Source: Candidatus Nanopusillus sp. (lineage in GTDB: Archaea; Nanobdellota; Nanobdellia; Nanobdellales; Nanobdellaceae). From it: DNA of 32,000 nucleotides. Numbering within the stretch: the stretch's first letter is position 1; each line of letters starts with the position of its first letter. The translations under genes were made by a program, and so were the position numbers. Location: the NCBI GenBank assembly GCA_028275885.1, contig JAPWTW010000005.1, positions 30,001 to 62,000 of the forward strand. The letters run 5' to 3'. This document shows positions 1 to 9,239 of the stretch, piece by piece. Below the pieces are notes generated by a model. The model was not told where the DNA came from, ran no database searches, and saw only the letters and a program-made list of their open reading frames with translations.

Positions 1-1
1 A

Positions 2-481
2 TCTTTAGGAGGAAAATATTCTGAATATATAGTAAAAAAAGCAAATGTTGATAAAAATAAAAGTCCAAAAGAACTAAATAAAGAAGAAATAGAAAAAATA
101 TATAATATTTATAATGAAATAGTAAACTTAAAGATTATAATAGATGAAAATGGAAATATTATTGATGATATAAATAAATATTTCATAAATCTTTATTTAA
201 ATAGTAGAGAAAATAGAAGAATAAAGAAACTAAATGAAGAAAAAGAAAAAATAAAAAGAATAATAGAAGAGCAAAAAAGATATTTGGATGAAATTAATAA
301 AGAAATTAATAGGTTAGAAAAAATTGGCGAATTTTTAAACATATACTCGTGGATATTTAAAGATTATGACAAAAACAATATAATAAAAAATTTTAGAGAA
401 ATTAATATTAATATAGATATTAAAAAGGATGATAAATATTTAATTATTAATATAGATGATAAATATTTAGAGAATAAATAA
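2..481 (+). CDS. 3' end of a CDS cut by the window edge. Lys/Glu/Asn-rich coiled-coil protein, possibly the HhH plus coiled-coil middle part of an NFACT (Rqc2/FbpA-like) protein.
   Basis: Frame 2 is open from nt 2 to the TAA at 479-481; the ORF track shows only the part after the internal Met at 284. The translation SLGGKYSEYIVKKANVDKNKSPKELNKEEIEKIYNIYNEI is followed by about 90 aa of K/E/I heptad-like sequence. The family assignment is by eye only. Confidence 0.35.
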   Translation, partial: SLGGKYSEYIVKKANVDKNKSPKELNKEEIEKIYNIYNEIVNLKIIIDENGNIIDDINKYFINLYLNSRENRRIKKLNEEKEKIKRIIEEQKRYLDEINKEINRLEKIGEFLNIYSWIFKDYDKNNIIKNFREININIDIKKDDKYLIINIDDKYLENK

Positions 482-484
482 ATC

Positions 485-503
485 TTTTTTTCTTTTATTT
501 TTT
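485..503 (+). terminator. Oligo-T tract directly after the stop codon, an archaeal-type terminator candidate.
   Basis: Runs of T7 (485-491), T4 (493-496) and T6 (498-503) begin 4 nt after the TAA at 479-481. Archaeal RNA polymerase terminates at oligo-T runs. AT-rich DNA makes this weak evidence. Confidence 0.3.
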
Positions 504-589
504 GTAAAATTTCTCTTTTTGAAACTTATATATTTACCCAATAAATATATAAATTTTTTTAGTAAAAATTATTAATGGTAGAACAATAT

Positions 590-730
590 ATGGCATACTG
601 CGTCAGATGCAAGAAAAAAGTGCCAGTACAGAATCCACAAAAGGTTACATTGAAAAATGGAAGGACAGCAATAAAAGGAACATGTCCATATTGTGGTGGA
701 ATAGTATATGTGTTTGTTAAGTCTGAATAG
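590..730 (+). CDS. Small zinc-ribbon protein (DUF5679-like), 46 aa. It is below the 60-aa cut-off of the ORF track.
   Basis: ATG at 590 (an in-frame alternative at 575) to TAG at 728-730. Translation: MAYCVRCKKKVPVQNPQKVTLKNGRTAIKGTCPYCGGIVYVFVKSE. It has CxxC...CxxC and the 'V.lKNGR.a.kG.Cp.CG' pattern typical of this small-protein family. G+C is locally higher than in the flanks. Confidence 0.7.
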   Translation: MAYCVRCKKKVPVQNPQKVTLKNGRTAIKGTCPYCGGIVYVFVKSE

Positions 731-731
731 G

Positions 732-2489
732 TTATTCGTAATATATTCCTTTTTGTTTTTGTATAAGATCTAATCTACTATTTTGTTTATTAATTCTTGG
801 CCTTTTTGTTTCTTCATCAGTTCTCATTGTTATATTCAATTGTTTTAGAAATATATTTAATCCCTCCTTATTTTCATATATACCCAAAGCTTTTCCATAT
901 TTACCAGGTTCCCCTGCAAATACCAAAATTCTATCAGAAATCCAATTCAAAAATATTAAATCATGATCTACAACTAAACATGCTTTCCCCCTAATTTTTA
1001 TTATATCTCTTATAAATTTTGATAATAATAATCTTTGTTCTATATCAAGATCTGCAAACGGTTCATCTATTAAATATAAATCTGCATCTTTTATCAATGT
1101 ACCAAATGTATATACTGTTTGTAATTCTCCTCCAGATAATGTATTAACCTCTCTATCTAATAGATCAGAAATATTTAACATTGATAAATATTCTTTATAA
1201 TCTTCTTTATATTTTTCATTAAAACTTTTCAAAAATTGATCTACAGTTATATTATAATTAGAAAAATCATAAAATTGTGGTTTATATGATATTGTTAAAT
1301 TTTTTGATATATTTCCTTCATATTTTATTTCTCCGGCTAAAGCTTTTACAAAAGTGCTTTTTCCAATTCCATTCCTTCCAACTACTCCAATTATTTCATT
1401 TTCTCTTATAAATCCTTCATTTGCCTCAAGTCTAAAATTATCTAAATTTACTATAACATTTTCCCATTCAACAATTTTTTTTCCAAATTTTACATCTGTA
1501 TAACTTTTTACATCCAATCTTATTGGCTTATCTCTTATTTTTAAATTCTCCCTCTTTATAAACCCATCTAAATATTGATTTATACCTTCTTTTGCTCCAA
1601 CAGGATATGAAAAAGCACCATATGCTTTTTGTACCCCATAAACAATATGTATTATATCAGAAATTGAATCTAAAAATAATAAATCATGATCTATTATTAA
1701 TATTGTATCTTTTTCCTTTATTTCATTTAAATTATTTAATATTCTTAATCTTTCATATATATCTAAATAATTTGTAACCTCATCAATTAATAATAAATTA
1801 TGTTCCTTATATACTGAAAATATATATAATATTTTCTGAAATTCCCCACCAGATAAATCTCCAATTTTTCTATCCAATATATTTTCTATTTCAAATTTTT
1901 TTGATATTTCATCTAAATTATTTATAACTTTTGATAAAAATTCTCTAACTGTTTTATCCTTTAACATATTTTTTATTTTAGTAATATTTTGTGGTTTATA
2001 TGATATTATTATTTTATTACTATATAATTTCTCAAAATATGATTGAAGTTCAGAACCTCTAAATTCTCTTATAATTTCTTTATCATCATATTTTTTATTA
2101 AAATCACCGAAATTTGGTTTTAATAAACCAGCTATTATATTTATTGCTGTACTTTTTCCCATCGCATTTCTTCCAATTATTCCAACAACTTTTCCTTCCT
2201 TAATTATTGGTAATCTATATAATCTAAATGTGTTTGGGCCATATTGAAATACTGGCTTTTCATCAGGTTCTTTTGTTAAGTTTATAATTATTATTGCATT
2301 AAATGGGCACTTTTTTACACATATTCCACATCCAATACACAAAGATTCATCAATAGATGGCTTTTTATCTTGTAAAATATTAAATATTTTTAAATTATTT
2401 TTTTGAACAGGACATACTTTCATACATATATAATCACATTTTTCAGGAGCCTTACATCTATCCCTATCAATTACAGCAATTCTTTTCAT
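732..2489 (-). CDS. abce1: ABCE1 / RNase L inhibitor homologue (ribosome recycling ATPase).
   Basis: The N-terminus has two 4Fe-4S clusters (CDYICMKVCP, CIGCGICVKKCP). Two ABC ATPase domains follow: Walker A GRNAMGKST and GRNGIGKST, signature LSGGE twice, and Walker B LLLIDE / LYLIDE. Confidence 0.95.
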   Translation of the reverse strand: MKRIAVIDRDRCKAPEKCDYICMKVCPVQKNNLKIFNILQDKKPSIDESLCIGCGICVKKCPFNAIIIINLTKEPDEKPVFQYGPNTFRLYRLPIIKEGKVVGIIGRNAMGKSTAINIIAGLLKPNFGDFNKKYDDKEIIREFRGSELQSYFEKLYSNKIIISYKPQNITKIKNMLKDKTVREFLSKVINNLDEISKKFEIENILDRKIGDLSGGEFQKILYIFSVYKEHNLLLIDEVTNYLDIYERLRILNNLNEIKEKDTILIIDHDLLFLDSISDIIHIVYGVQKAYGAFSYPVGAKEGINQYLDGFIKRENLKIRDKPIRLDVKSYTDVKFGKKIVEWENVIVNLDNFRLEANEGFIRENEIIGVVGRNGIGKSTFVKALAGEIKYEGNISKNLTISYKPQFYDFSNYNITVDQFLKSFNEKYKEDYKEYLSMLNISDLLDREVNTLSGGELQTVYTFGTLIKDADLYLIDEPFADLDIEQRLLLSKFIRDIIKIRGKACLVVDHDLIFLNWISDRILVFAGEPGKYGKALGIYENKEGLNIFLKQLNITMRTDEETKRPRINKQNSRLDLIQKQKGIYYE

Positions 2490-4288
2490 ACTAATTTAAA
2501 TTCTATCTTACTTTTATTATTTATAGCTTCTAATATTTCCTTTCCTATTTCAGAATTTAGATCTAAAACAATTTTTCCCTTTTTATTTATTTTAAATTTT
2601 CCAATTAATCTTCCATTTATATATAATTCTACATCCCTTTTCTTAAATAAATTATTAAACATTATTGTAAGATAATCTTTTGATATTTCATAATCAAAAT
2701 TTATACTTTCATTTAATTTTTCAGCATTTTTTATTTCAATTCTTAAATTATATTTATCTCTTATACTCATTAAATATCTTTTTTCATTTCTAATAAATTT
2801 TCTTTTGAGATCTTTTGGAATATAAAATATTATTCTATCATCCAAAACTTCCACATAAACATTATTATATTTTCTTTTATATTCTATATTTAATAAATCT
2901 TCTAAAAATCTTTGAATTCCAGATTTTAATCTATATTTTTTAATTGGAACAACCATTATTTCTTCGCCAAAAGTATATATTTCATATTCTAACTCATTTG
3001 TTAAAAAATCTCTTACTTCAACAACAGGTCTTGCCAGATCTTCTTCTTTTAAACCATATGGAATTTTAACAGTTAAATTTAAATAATATACTTTCTCAAC
3101 CTGTCCTTTATTTATATATATTATTGTATCAATTATTTGAGGAATTAAACCAAGCTCTGTCCTTGATAATAATCTATGAACAATATCTATTGGCCTTTCA
3201 GCATGTGCAACACCAATCATTCCAATTCCTGCCAATCTTAAATCTATATATAATTTAAAATCTCTAGTATCTCTCATTTCATCAAAAATTACATAATCAG
3301 GTCTTGATAATAATAATATATTATGTATTTCTTCATCAGTAGAATAATTTTTTGAATATTGAATAATATCTGGAGATACTATTAAATCTCTTGGAGATTC
3401 TACAGTTTTAACAATCTTTTTCATACTTAAATAATATTCTGCAAGAGCCTGAGCAAATGTTGTTTTTCCAGAACCTGGTTTCCCAACAATTACAATTCCT
3501 TCAGATTTTTCTTTTAATCTTTCAATTATTTTTTCATTCAAATTATAATCTTCTAATCTTAATATTTTTGATGGCTTTACAATTGTTATTTCATATGCAT
3601 CTGATAACGGGGGTTTTACAATTACAATTCTAAAAATTCCCAATTGAATAATTAAACTATTCTTTCTTTCTTGTTCTATAAAGGAATCTCTTCTATTTCT
3701 AGCAATATATATTATTTTATCAATTAAATCTTCTATATCTTTATTTCCATATACTTTATCTATTTCTTCTAAATACCAATCACCAGGTTTTCCTCTTTTT
3801 CTTTTTACTTTTGTATTTTCAATAATATGGACAGATATTGTATCATCAGTAAATAAATCTAAAAAAGGCAGATTTTCTTTTGAAACACCTTCCTTTTCAA
3901 TTAATAAACAATCGACATTATATACCTTTGCGGTTTCATATAATGTTCTGTCTGATGTTAACAATGTAGATCCTGTATCTCTTGCAATTTTAATAATTAA
4001 ATAATCTATGTATCCATGCTTTGCCAGTCTTATTTGTTCTAATGTTGGTTTTTCACCTAATATTGTTACTTTATAATTATATTTTTCAGATAGCTCTCTA
4101 ATTTTTTGAAGTTCCCTTAAACCAACCAATCCTTTTTCAAGACCTTTATTTGCCTGTGCTTGTAATTCATCAATTACAGGTACAGGTATTATTACTTCAT
4201 CAAAAGAAATACTATTATTTAATAATGATTTTGATACATATTCATCAATTACTATAGATGTATCTAATGTTATTTTATTTAATTTCAT
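2486..4288 (-). CDS. PIN domain - PilT-like ATPase - KH domain protein (COG1855 type).
   Basis: The N-terminus is PIN-like (ITLDTSIVID...TSD). A central Walker A GKPGSGKTT and Walker B-like VIFDEMRD follow, then a C-terminal RNA-binding-like region. The stop overlaps the abce1 start by 4 nt. Confidence 0.75.
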   Translation of the reverse strand: MKLNKITLDTSIVIDEYVSKSLLNNSISFDEVIIPVPVIDELQAQANKGLEKGLVGLRELQKIRELSEKYNYKVTILGEKPTLEQIRLAKHGYIDYLIIKIARDTGSTLLTSDRTLYETAKVYNVDCLLIEKEGVSKENLPFLDLFTDDTISVHIIENTKVKRKRGKPGDWYLEEIDKVYGNKDIEDLIDKIIYIARNRRDSFIEQERKNSLIIQLGIFRIVIVKPPLSDAYEITIVKPSKILRLEDYNLNEKIIERLKEKSEGIVIVGKPGSGKTTFAQALAEYYLSMKKIVKTVESPRDLIVSPDIIQYSKNYSTDEEIHNILLLSRPDYVIFDEMRDTRDFKLYIDLRLAGIGMIGVAHAERPIDIVHRLLSRTELGLIPQIIDTIIYINKGQVEKVYYLNLTVKIPYGLKEEDLARPVVEVRDFLTNELEYEIYTFGEEIMVVPIKKYRLKSGIQRFLEDLLNIEYKRKYNNVYVEVLDDRIIFYIPKDLKRKFIRNEKRYLMSIRDKYNLRIEIKNAEKLNESINFDYEISKDYLTIMFNNLFKKRDVELYINGRLIGKFKINKKGKIVLDLNSEIGKEILEAINNKSKIEFKLV

Positions 4289-4556
4289 TAATTATTTTGT
4301 TATATTCCTTTTCAAAATCATTTAACCTATCTAAAGCTCTCTTTATTGCATCTATTAATATTTCTCTTGGTTTCCTTTTTCCATCAGTCTTTATATATAA
4401 ATAAATATCTTTTATTAATGGGTGATTTTCCTTCCAAGCAGCAATTATTACATTTGGATCTTTATCTAATTCTTCTTTTAATAATATAGATATTGTTGCC
4501 TTATCATTTTCAAATATTATTTCCATTTCTGTTTCGCTTTCCTTATTTATTTTCAT
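4275..4556 (-). CDS. rpoL: DNA-directed RNA polymerase subunit L (Rpo11).
   Basis: 93 aa. The pattern IFENDKATISILLKEELDKDPNVIIAAWKENHPLIKDIYLYIKTDG matches the RpoL/Rpb11 fold signature (E..HT..n.L...L..d..V.fa.Y...HPl......i.T.g). Confidence 0.75.
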   Translation of the reverse strand: MKINKESETEMEIIFENDKATISILLKEELDKDPNVIIAAWKENHPLIKDIYLYIKTDGKRKPREILIDAIKRALDRLNDFEKEYNKIINEIK

Positions 4557-4579
4557 TCCTATTATATTATATAAATATC

Positions 4580-6232
4580 TTATATAACTTTATCTCTTAA
4601 CTTTCTTATTTCAAAATTAAATAAATTAACACTAAAAACTTCTCCATTCTTTATGTTTCTCAAAAATAAAATACCTGGTTCAGGCTTATGGCCTAACTCT
4701 CTCTGATATGGAGTTATATCTTGGAAAGTAGATGAATTAATTAAATCTATTCCTCTATATTCATCATAAGATGCTCTATGTATATGTCCTGTATGAAAGA
4801 AATCTGGTACAATTTCTATTACAGAAGGATCTTCATTTATATATGGAACATATGGATTTGATCCATGAGAAGTAAATATTAACCTTAACATTAACATAAA
4901 CTTCATTAATTCTCCAGGATTATCATATCCTCCTCTTTCTCTTAAAAAAGAAATGTTTGACACTAACCAGTCTAAAACATATCCATGATATAATAATCCA
5001 ACAATTGAATTATGTATTTTTACATATGATGGATTCGATAAATAATATATATTTTTCATTGAATATGATTCCTTTAGTAGAGATCTTGGCAGTTCGGGTT
5101 GTGGTTCTGCTAATCTTGGAATATCATGATTTCCTGGTATAATAATTGTCTTTATACTTTCAGGTATTTTTAATATATAATCTTCAAAACTTCTATATTG
5201 GTCTTCATATGTTTTTAATATTAATTCTTCTTTTTGTTCTGGATAAACACCAACACCGTCTACAATATCTCCTATAATTATAATATAACCAATCTTTCTT
5301 ACAATTTCATTTATTTTTTCATTTTCTGTTTTTCCATTTACAAATTTTAAAAACCTATCAAATAGATCATAAAAAGTATATTTATTTCCTATCTGCCAAT
5401 CACCTGTAAACAATATATATACATCATCTTCTCCAAGAGTTTTTGGTTTTCTAATTGGTACATCTGGCAATATTACATTATTTACAAAAAACATCTTATT
5501 TTTATATGTACCAACCAAACCGATAACAGAATCTAATGGTATATCTTTAACTATTTTGAAATTTATATTTTCATTATCTTTACTTACAAATGCTTTTATA
5601 ATATTATTTCCATCTTCTATAATAAAAATTATTCCTTTCTCAGTTATTTTTTTATCATATATCAATCCAGCAATTGCAACTTCTTCATTTTCAGGTATCT
5701 TATTTAATGGATATATTTCCCTCATTTCAGAATGTTCTCTTAATATTTTCTTTATCTTATTTAATCTCTGTTTATAATATGCTATCCAGGATATTACATC
5801 TAGTTTATTTTTTTGTATTTCAAATCTTTTTAGAATATTTATTTCTTTCGTTTCTTTCATCTCTTTTACTGATAACTCAATTTCCTCTCCAATATGCCTT
5901 TTCATACTTTCTATAACTACTACATTATTACTTTCTTTTTCTATGTTTTGTTTATTTTCCTTTATATTAAAAAAATCTTTGATATTTATCTTATTCTGCT
6001 TTTTATTTAAATTATTTTCATTTTTTTCTAAATTTTCCTTATTATTATTAATATTTTTTCTAATTATTTTATTAATAAAATCTTCATCTATCTTATTTAC
6101 ATTGCTTTTTATTGCTTCTCTAAATATAATGTCTAAATCATCCTCTTTTAGATTATTTAAAAGATCATATGCTTTTTTTTCAATAAATATATTATTTTCC
6201 CATAATAATTTTATGAAATCTTCTTTATTCAT
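4580..6232 (-). CDS. dp1: DNA polymerase D (Pol II) small subunit DP1.
   Basis: The C-terminal half has calcineurin-like phosphoesterase motifs: GDWQIG, GDIVDG, GNHD and GHIH. An OB-like middle region and a K/N-rich linker precede it. The gene lies immediately downstream of cdc6 with a 4-nt overlap, as in Pyrococcus-type origin loci. Confidence 0.85.
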   Translation of the reverse strand: MNKEDFIKLLWENNIFIEKKAYDLLNNLKEDDLDIIFREAIKSNVNKIDEDFINKIIRKNINNNKENLEKNENNLNKKQNKINIKDFFNIKENKQNIEKESNNVVVIESMKRHIGEEIELSVKEMKETKEINILKRFEIQKNKLDVISWIAYYKQRLNKIKKILREHSEMREIYPLNKIPENEEVAIAGLIYDKKITEKGIIFIIEDGNNIIKAFVSKDNENINFKIVKDIPLDSVIGLVGTYKNKMFFVNNVILPDVPIRKPKTLGEDDVYILFTGDWQIGNKYTFYDLFDRFLKFVNGKTENEKINEIVRKIGYIIIIGDIVDGVGVYPEQKEELILKTYEDQYRSFEDYILKIPESIKTIIIPGNHDIPRLAEPQPELPRSLLKESYSMKNIYYLSNPSYVKIHNSIVGLLYHGYVLDWLVSNISFLRERGGYDNPGELMKFMLMLRLIFTSHGSNPYVPYINEDPSVIEIVPDFFHTGHIHRASYDEYRGIDLINSSTFQDITPYQRELGHKPEPGILFLRNIKNGEVFSVNLFNFEIRKLRDKVI

Positions 6233-7461
6233 ATATCTTTTTTTATTTTTTCATATATTTTTTTAAGATTATCAACATCTGATATTATCTTTATTACTTT
6301 GTTCACACCTTTTTTTCCATTAGATATTATTTTTGATTCTATCAATTCTCCAAAAATACTTTCTATTTTCTTTAAATTTTTATATACTAATGTTTTATCT
6401 AAAACCGATATACCAAAATTATTAGATAAATTTACATATTCTTCATATAGATTGTTAAATGTTACAAAGTCTTTATTTTTTATTTGTTCTTTTATTAAAG
6501 CTAACAATATTAGTTTCTGTGTTTTATTTAGAGTACTTATTATAGAATCTAATATATTTAAGTCAACATTAGAAAATGCTTCATCTATATCTTCTCTATC
6601 TATTTTTTCTTTATTTTTATTATATGAAATTGTTGCCGCCAATCTTAATACATTTATTGCAATTCTAGCATCTCCAAAAAATTCTTTAGAAACTTTTGCA
6701 GATATATAGTTTATATCTTCTTCAGATATTGAACCTGGCTTCAGAGCTTTTATAGCTCTATCTTTTAAAATTTCTCTCAATTCATAATAATTATAAGGGG
6801 AAAATCTTATTTGAATTATTGATGAAAATGATGATTTTATTCTTTGATCTAATTGAGATATAAAAGAAGGAGAATTAGAAATAAGTATTAGTCTTATTCT
6901 ATTTAAAAAGTTTATATCATAATTTCTTAATAATAAATATAATATTTCTGTATTTTCTGATTTTTTAAATATATTATCTACTTCATCTAATATTATTATT
7001 AGTTTATAGTCGTTATTTATTATAAATTTATATATATTTTCATATATATCATTCTTCCTAACTCCACTTTTTATATTTATATTTACTAATTCTTCATATA
7101 TTCTCTTAAATATATAATAATCCACTTCATCTGATAATATTTGTTTACAATTTATATATGCAACCTTTACTTTCAGTTTATTTTTTGCTGAATAAAATGA
7201 TATACCTTTATTTATATATCTAGCTATTAACGTTTTTCCAGTACCTGTAGTTCCATATAAAAAAAGGTTACTTCCAGTATTTCTATTTAAAAATAAGTTT
7301 ATATTAGATAATATAATTTCTTTTTCTTTATCTCTAAATTTTATTTCGTATGGAATGAAATCTTCTTCAAAATATCTTCCATCTATAATAAGATTATTTT
7401 TTTTATTTGATATTTTTTCAAAATCTGATAAAAAATAGTCTATTATTGAATTTGTTATCAT
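6229..7461 (-). CDS. cdc6: Orc1/Cdc6 replication initiator.
   Basis: AAA+ Walker A GTTGTGKT and Walker B IIILDEVD, a sensor region, and a C-terminal winged-helix-like segment (TQKLILLALIKE...). 410 aa. Confidence 0.9.
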   Translation of the reverse strand: MITNSIIDYFLSDFEKISNKKNNLIIDGRYFEEDFIPYEIKFRDKEKEIILSNINLFLNRNTGSNLFLYGTTGTGKTLIARYINKGISFYSAKNKLKVKVAYINCKQILSDEVDYYIFKRIYEELVNINIKSGVRKNDIYENIYKFIINNDYKLIIILDEVDNIFKKSENTEILYLLLRNYDINFLNRIRLILISNSPSFISQLDQRIKSSFSSIIQIRFSPYNYYELREILKDRAIKALKPGSISEEDINYISAKVSKEFFGDARIAINVLRLAATISYNKNKEKIDREDIDEAFSNVDLNILDSIISTLNKTQKLILLALIKEQIKNKDFVTFNNLYEEYVNLSNNFGISVLDKTLVYKNLKKIESIFGELIESKIISNGKKGVNKVIKIISDVDNLKKIYEKIKKDI

Positions 7462-7789
7462 AATATTCTATATTATAAAAAATTTTATAAAATATCTTTG
7501 CAATCTATTTAAAAATATGTAAAATGTTGTTCTTATTTTTTAAAATAGTAATTTTTTCGTCAATTTTTAAAAAATCGCCCCTAAAATCTTTCCATGATTG
7601 TTTTTTCCTTCTAAAAATATCTATAGATTTTCTGTTTAAAAATATTGATTATCGAAAATTTTATAAATACCTTTATAAAATTTTCGATACACCCATATCA
7701 AAATGTAAGTTTGTTATATTATATTTGCCAAGCTTTAATATACTACTAGTTAGTAGTTAGTTATTTATTTCATAACTATTCAAGAATTA
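7462..7789. other. Candidate replication origin (oriC) plus the cdc6 promoter region.
   Basis: A 328-bp spacer directly upstream of cdc6, against 35-51 bp for most divergent spacers in this window. It contains a perfect 18-bp inverted repeat, a third copy of the core motif, and long A/T tracts. No Pyrococcus-type ORB consensus was recognised. Confidence 0.4.
7650..7689. repeat. Perfect 18-bp inverted repeat with a 4-nt spacer.
   Basis: TATCGAAAATTTTATAAA (7650-7667), tacc, TTTATAAAATTTTCGATA (7672-7689). The core AAAATTTTATAAA recurs at 7479-7491, 18-30 nt upstream of the cdc6 ATG. Confidence 0.9.
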
Positions 7790-8803
7790 TTACAATAGAT
7801 TTTGAAGACGGTGTTCTCTATAATTTTTTAAAATTTTCCTTAACTTTTCTTCATCAATATCTTTTTCTATTACATTAGATTTTTCTTCATGGAACTTTTC
7901 AACAATAACAAAATTTTTTAATTCTTTAAATTTATCTACAACATAAAATCTTGAAAAAATATTTCTAGCTTCTATTAAATTCTCTCCTTTTATAAAAAAT
8001 TTTACATCTTTATTTTTATAATGTGCAATGTATTCTTCTTTGAATTCATCTATAAATATTTTATTATAATAAATTTTGTTTAAATACAAAAAAGAAATTT
8101 TTGGTATAATATTATCATCAATTTTTAATCTTTCTGTTAAAATCTTAGATAAAATATTATAATCATTTAATAATTCAATATATTTTTTATTTAATTCTTC
8201 TATTTCTTTTTCTTTTTTATCATCCTCATTTTTGTTCTTTATAATAACTTTTATTATTTCCATATTTTTTCTATCTTTTCTTCTCTTTTTCTTTTTCTTT
8301 TCTTCTCTTATTTCTTTTTCTTTTTCTTTTAAATTATTTTTTGCAGATATAACCTCTATTTTTCTATTCTTTAGTATATATCTTAATATTTTGATATATT
8401 CTTCTTGGTTTTCAGAAAACTTTTTTGCTTTTTCAAATATCTCTTTTAGTTTCTTTAATGCTTCTATTGCTGATATATATGCATCAAATTCATGATTATT
8501 TTCAAATATCTTCTTTAAATTTTTGTCTTTATAATACTTATTTTTTATTTCTAAGCTAATGTCTTCTTTTGGATTATATACGCCAATATTTAGTTTCGAT
8601 GCTATATCCAACACAGTCTTTGGTATTTCTTTTTTATCTGTAGCAATAAGTACAACATATTTTAAATTACTTATATATTTAATTATATCTTCATTTTGTA
8701 TATTTTTTCCGCTTAATTTATCAATTATATTTCCATTATCGTCTATAACAACTAATCCCAAATTTGTACCCGGATCTATCCCAACAATTAGGGATTTTAA
8801 CAT
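7790..8803 (-). CDS. DUF460 / COG2433-type protein: RNase H-fold (RuvC/YqgF-like) putative nuclease with a coiled-coil.
   Basis: The N-terminus IVGIDPGTNLGLVVIDDNGNII...IATD is the RNase H-like motif of DUF460 proteins. A strongly charged coiled-coil (KEKEKEIREEKKKKKRRKDRK) follows. Confidence 0.55.
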   Translation of the reverse strand: MLKSLIVGIDPGTNLGLVVIDDNGNIIDKLSGKNIQNEDIIKYISNLKYVVLIATDKKEIPKTVLDIASKLNIGVYNPKEDISLEIKNKYYKDKNLKKIFENNHEFDAYISAIEALKKLKEIFEKAKKFSENQEEYIKILRYILKNRKIEVISAKNNLKEKEKEIREEKKKKKRRKDRKNMEIIKVIIKNKNEDDKKEKEIEELNKKYIELLNDYNILSKILTERLKIDDNIIPKISFLYLNKIYYNKIFIDEFKEEYIAHYKNKDVKFFIKGENLIEARNIFSRFYVVDKFKELKNFVIVEKFHEEKSNVIEKDIDEEKLRKILKNYREHRLQNLL

Positions 8804-8876
8804 TATTATATTTATTTTAATTTTTTCCTTAAAAATCTATATTTCTTTTTAAATCTTACTAATATATTATTAATAA

Positions 8877-9239
8877 ATGCCAAATGATTGGTCATATTTA
8901 GTAGAATTACAGAAAAACAAACCAGGTACTTTGGCAAAGATACTTAAAAATAATGCACCAAAATACATAAAAGAAGAAGTAAGAAGATTAATCAAAGAGG
9001 GAAAGATTAAAAATATACAAGAATTAATACAAAAGGCTGTAAATGAGAATAAAAGTCTAATAAAAGTATTAGAAGAATATGGAATTAAAAACAAGGAAAG
9101 AAAATTTGGAAAAGGAAGTATAAGGTGTATAATATGTGGTTCTCATGATAGAGTTATTAAAAGATATAAAATATATATATGTGGAAGGTGTTTTAGGGAA
9201 ATGGCAAAAGAATTAGGATTTAAAGTTCTTGGAGAATAA
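8877..9239 (+). CDS. rps14: Ribosomal protein uS14 (zinc-ribbon type) with a roughly 70-aa N-terminal extension.
   Basis: The C-terminal 50 aa, KERKFGKGSIRCIICGSHDRVIKRYKIYICGRCFREMAKELGFKVLGE, are a complete archaeal uS14. The preceding 70 codons are in the same open frame, with no ATG/GTG/TTG start close to the uS14 core. Confidence 0.85.
   Translation: MPNDWSYLVELQKNKPGTLAKILKNNAPKYIKEEVRRLIKEGKIKNIQELIQKAVNENKSLIKVLEEYGIKNKERKFGKGSIRCIICGSHDRVIKRYKIYICGRCFREMAKELGFKVLGE

Noticed and set aside
797-994. Plus-strand 65-aa ORF inside abce1. The same class includes 1592-1777, 2403-2675, 4957-5142, 5556-5777, 5674-5916, 5943-6266, 6299-6709, 8232-8495, 8559-8852, 9940-10269, 11305-11496, 13964-14146, 14801-14998, 17690-17899, 18914-19135, 21623-21898, 27372-27584, 28758-28964 and 30928-31140.
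   Set aside because: All lie antisense to, or out of frame within, well-supported genes. Their translations are low-complexity F/L/I/S/Y strings, as expected from the complement of K/E/N/I-rich coding sequence in AT-rich DNA. No motifs were seen.
7524-7760. 78-aa plus-strand ORF in the cdc6 upstream spacer.
   Set aside because: The translation is low-complexity F/L/K-rich. It spans the inverted repeat and the A/T tracts and has no recognisable domain. The region is better explained as origin or promoter DNA.
8870-9094. 74-aa minus-strand ORF.
   Set aside because: It is antisense to the uS14 gene, whose C-terminal core is unambiguous. The translation is hydrophobic and low-complexity.
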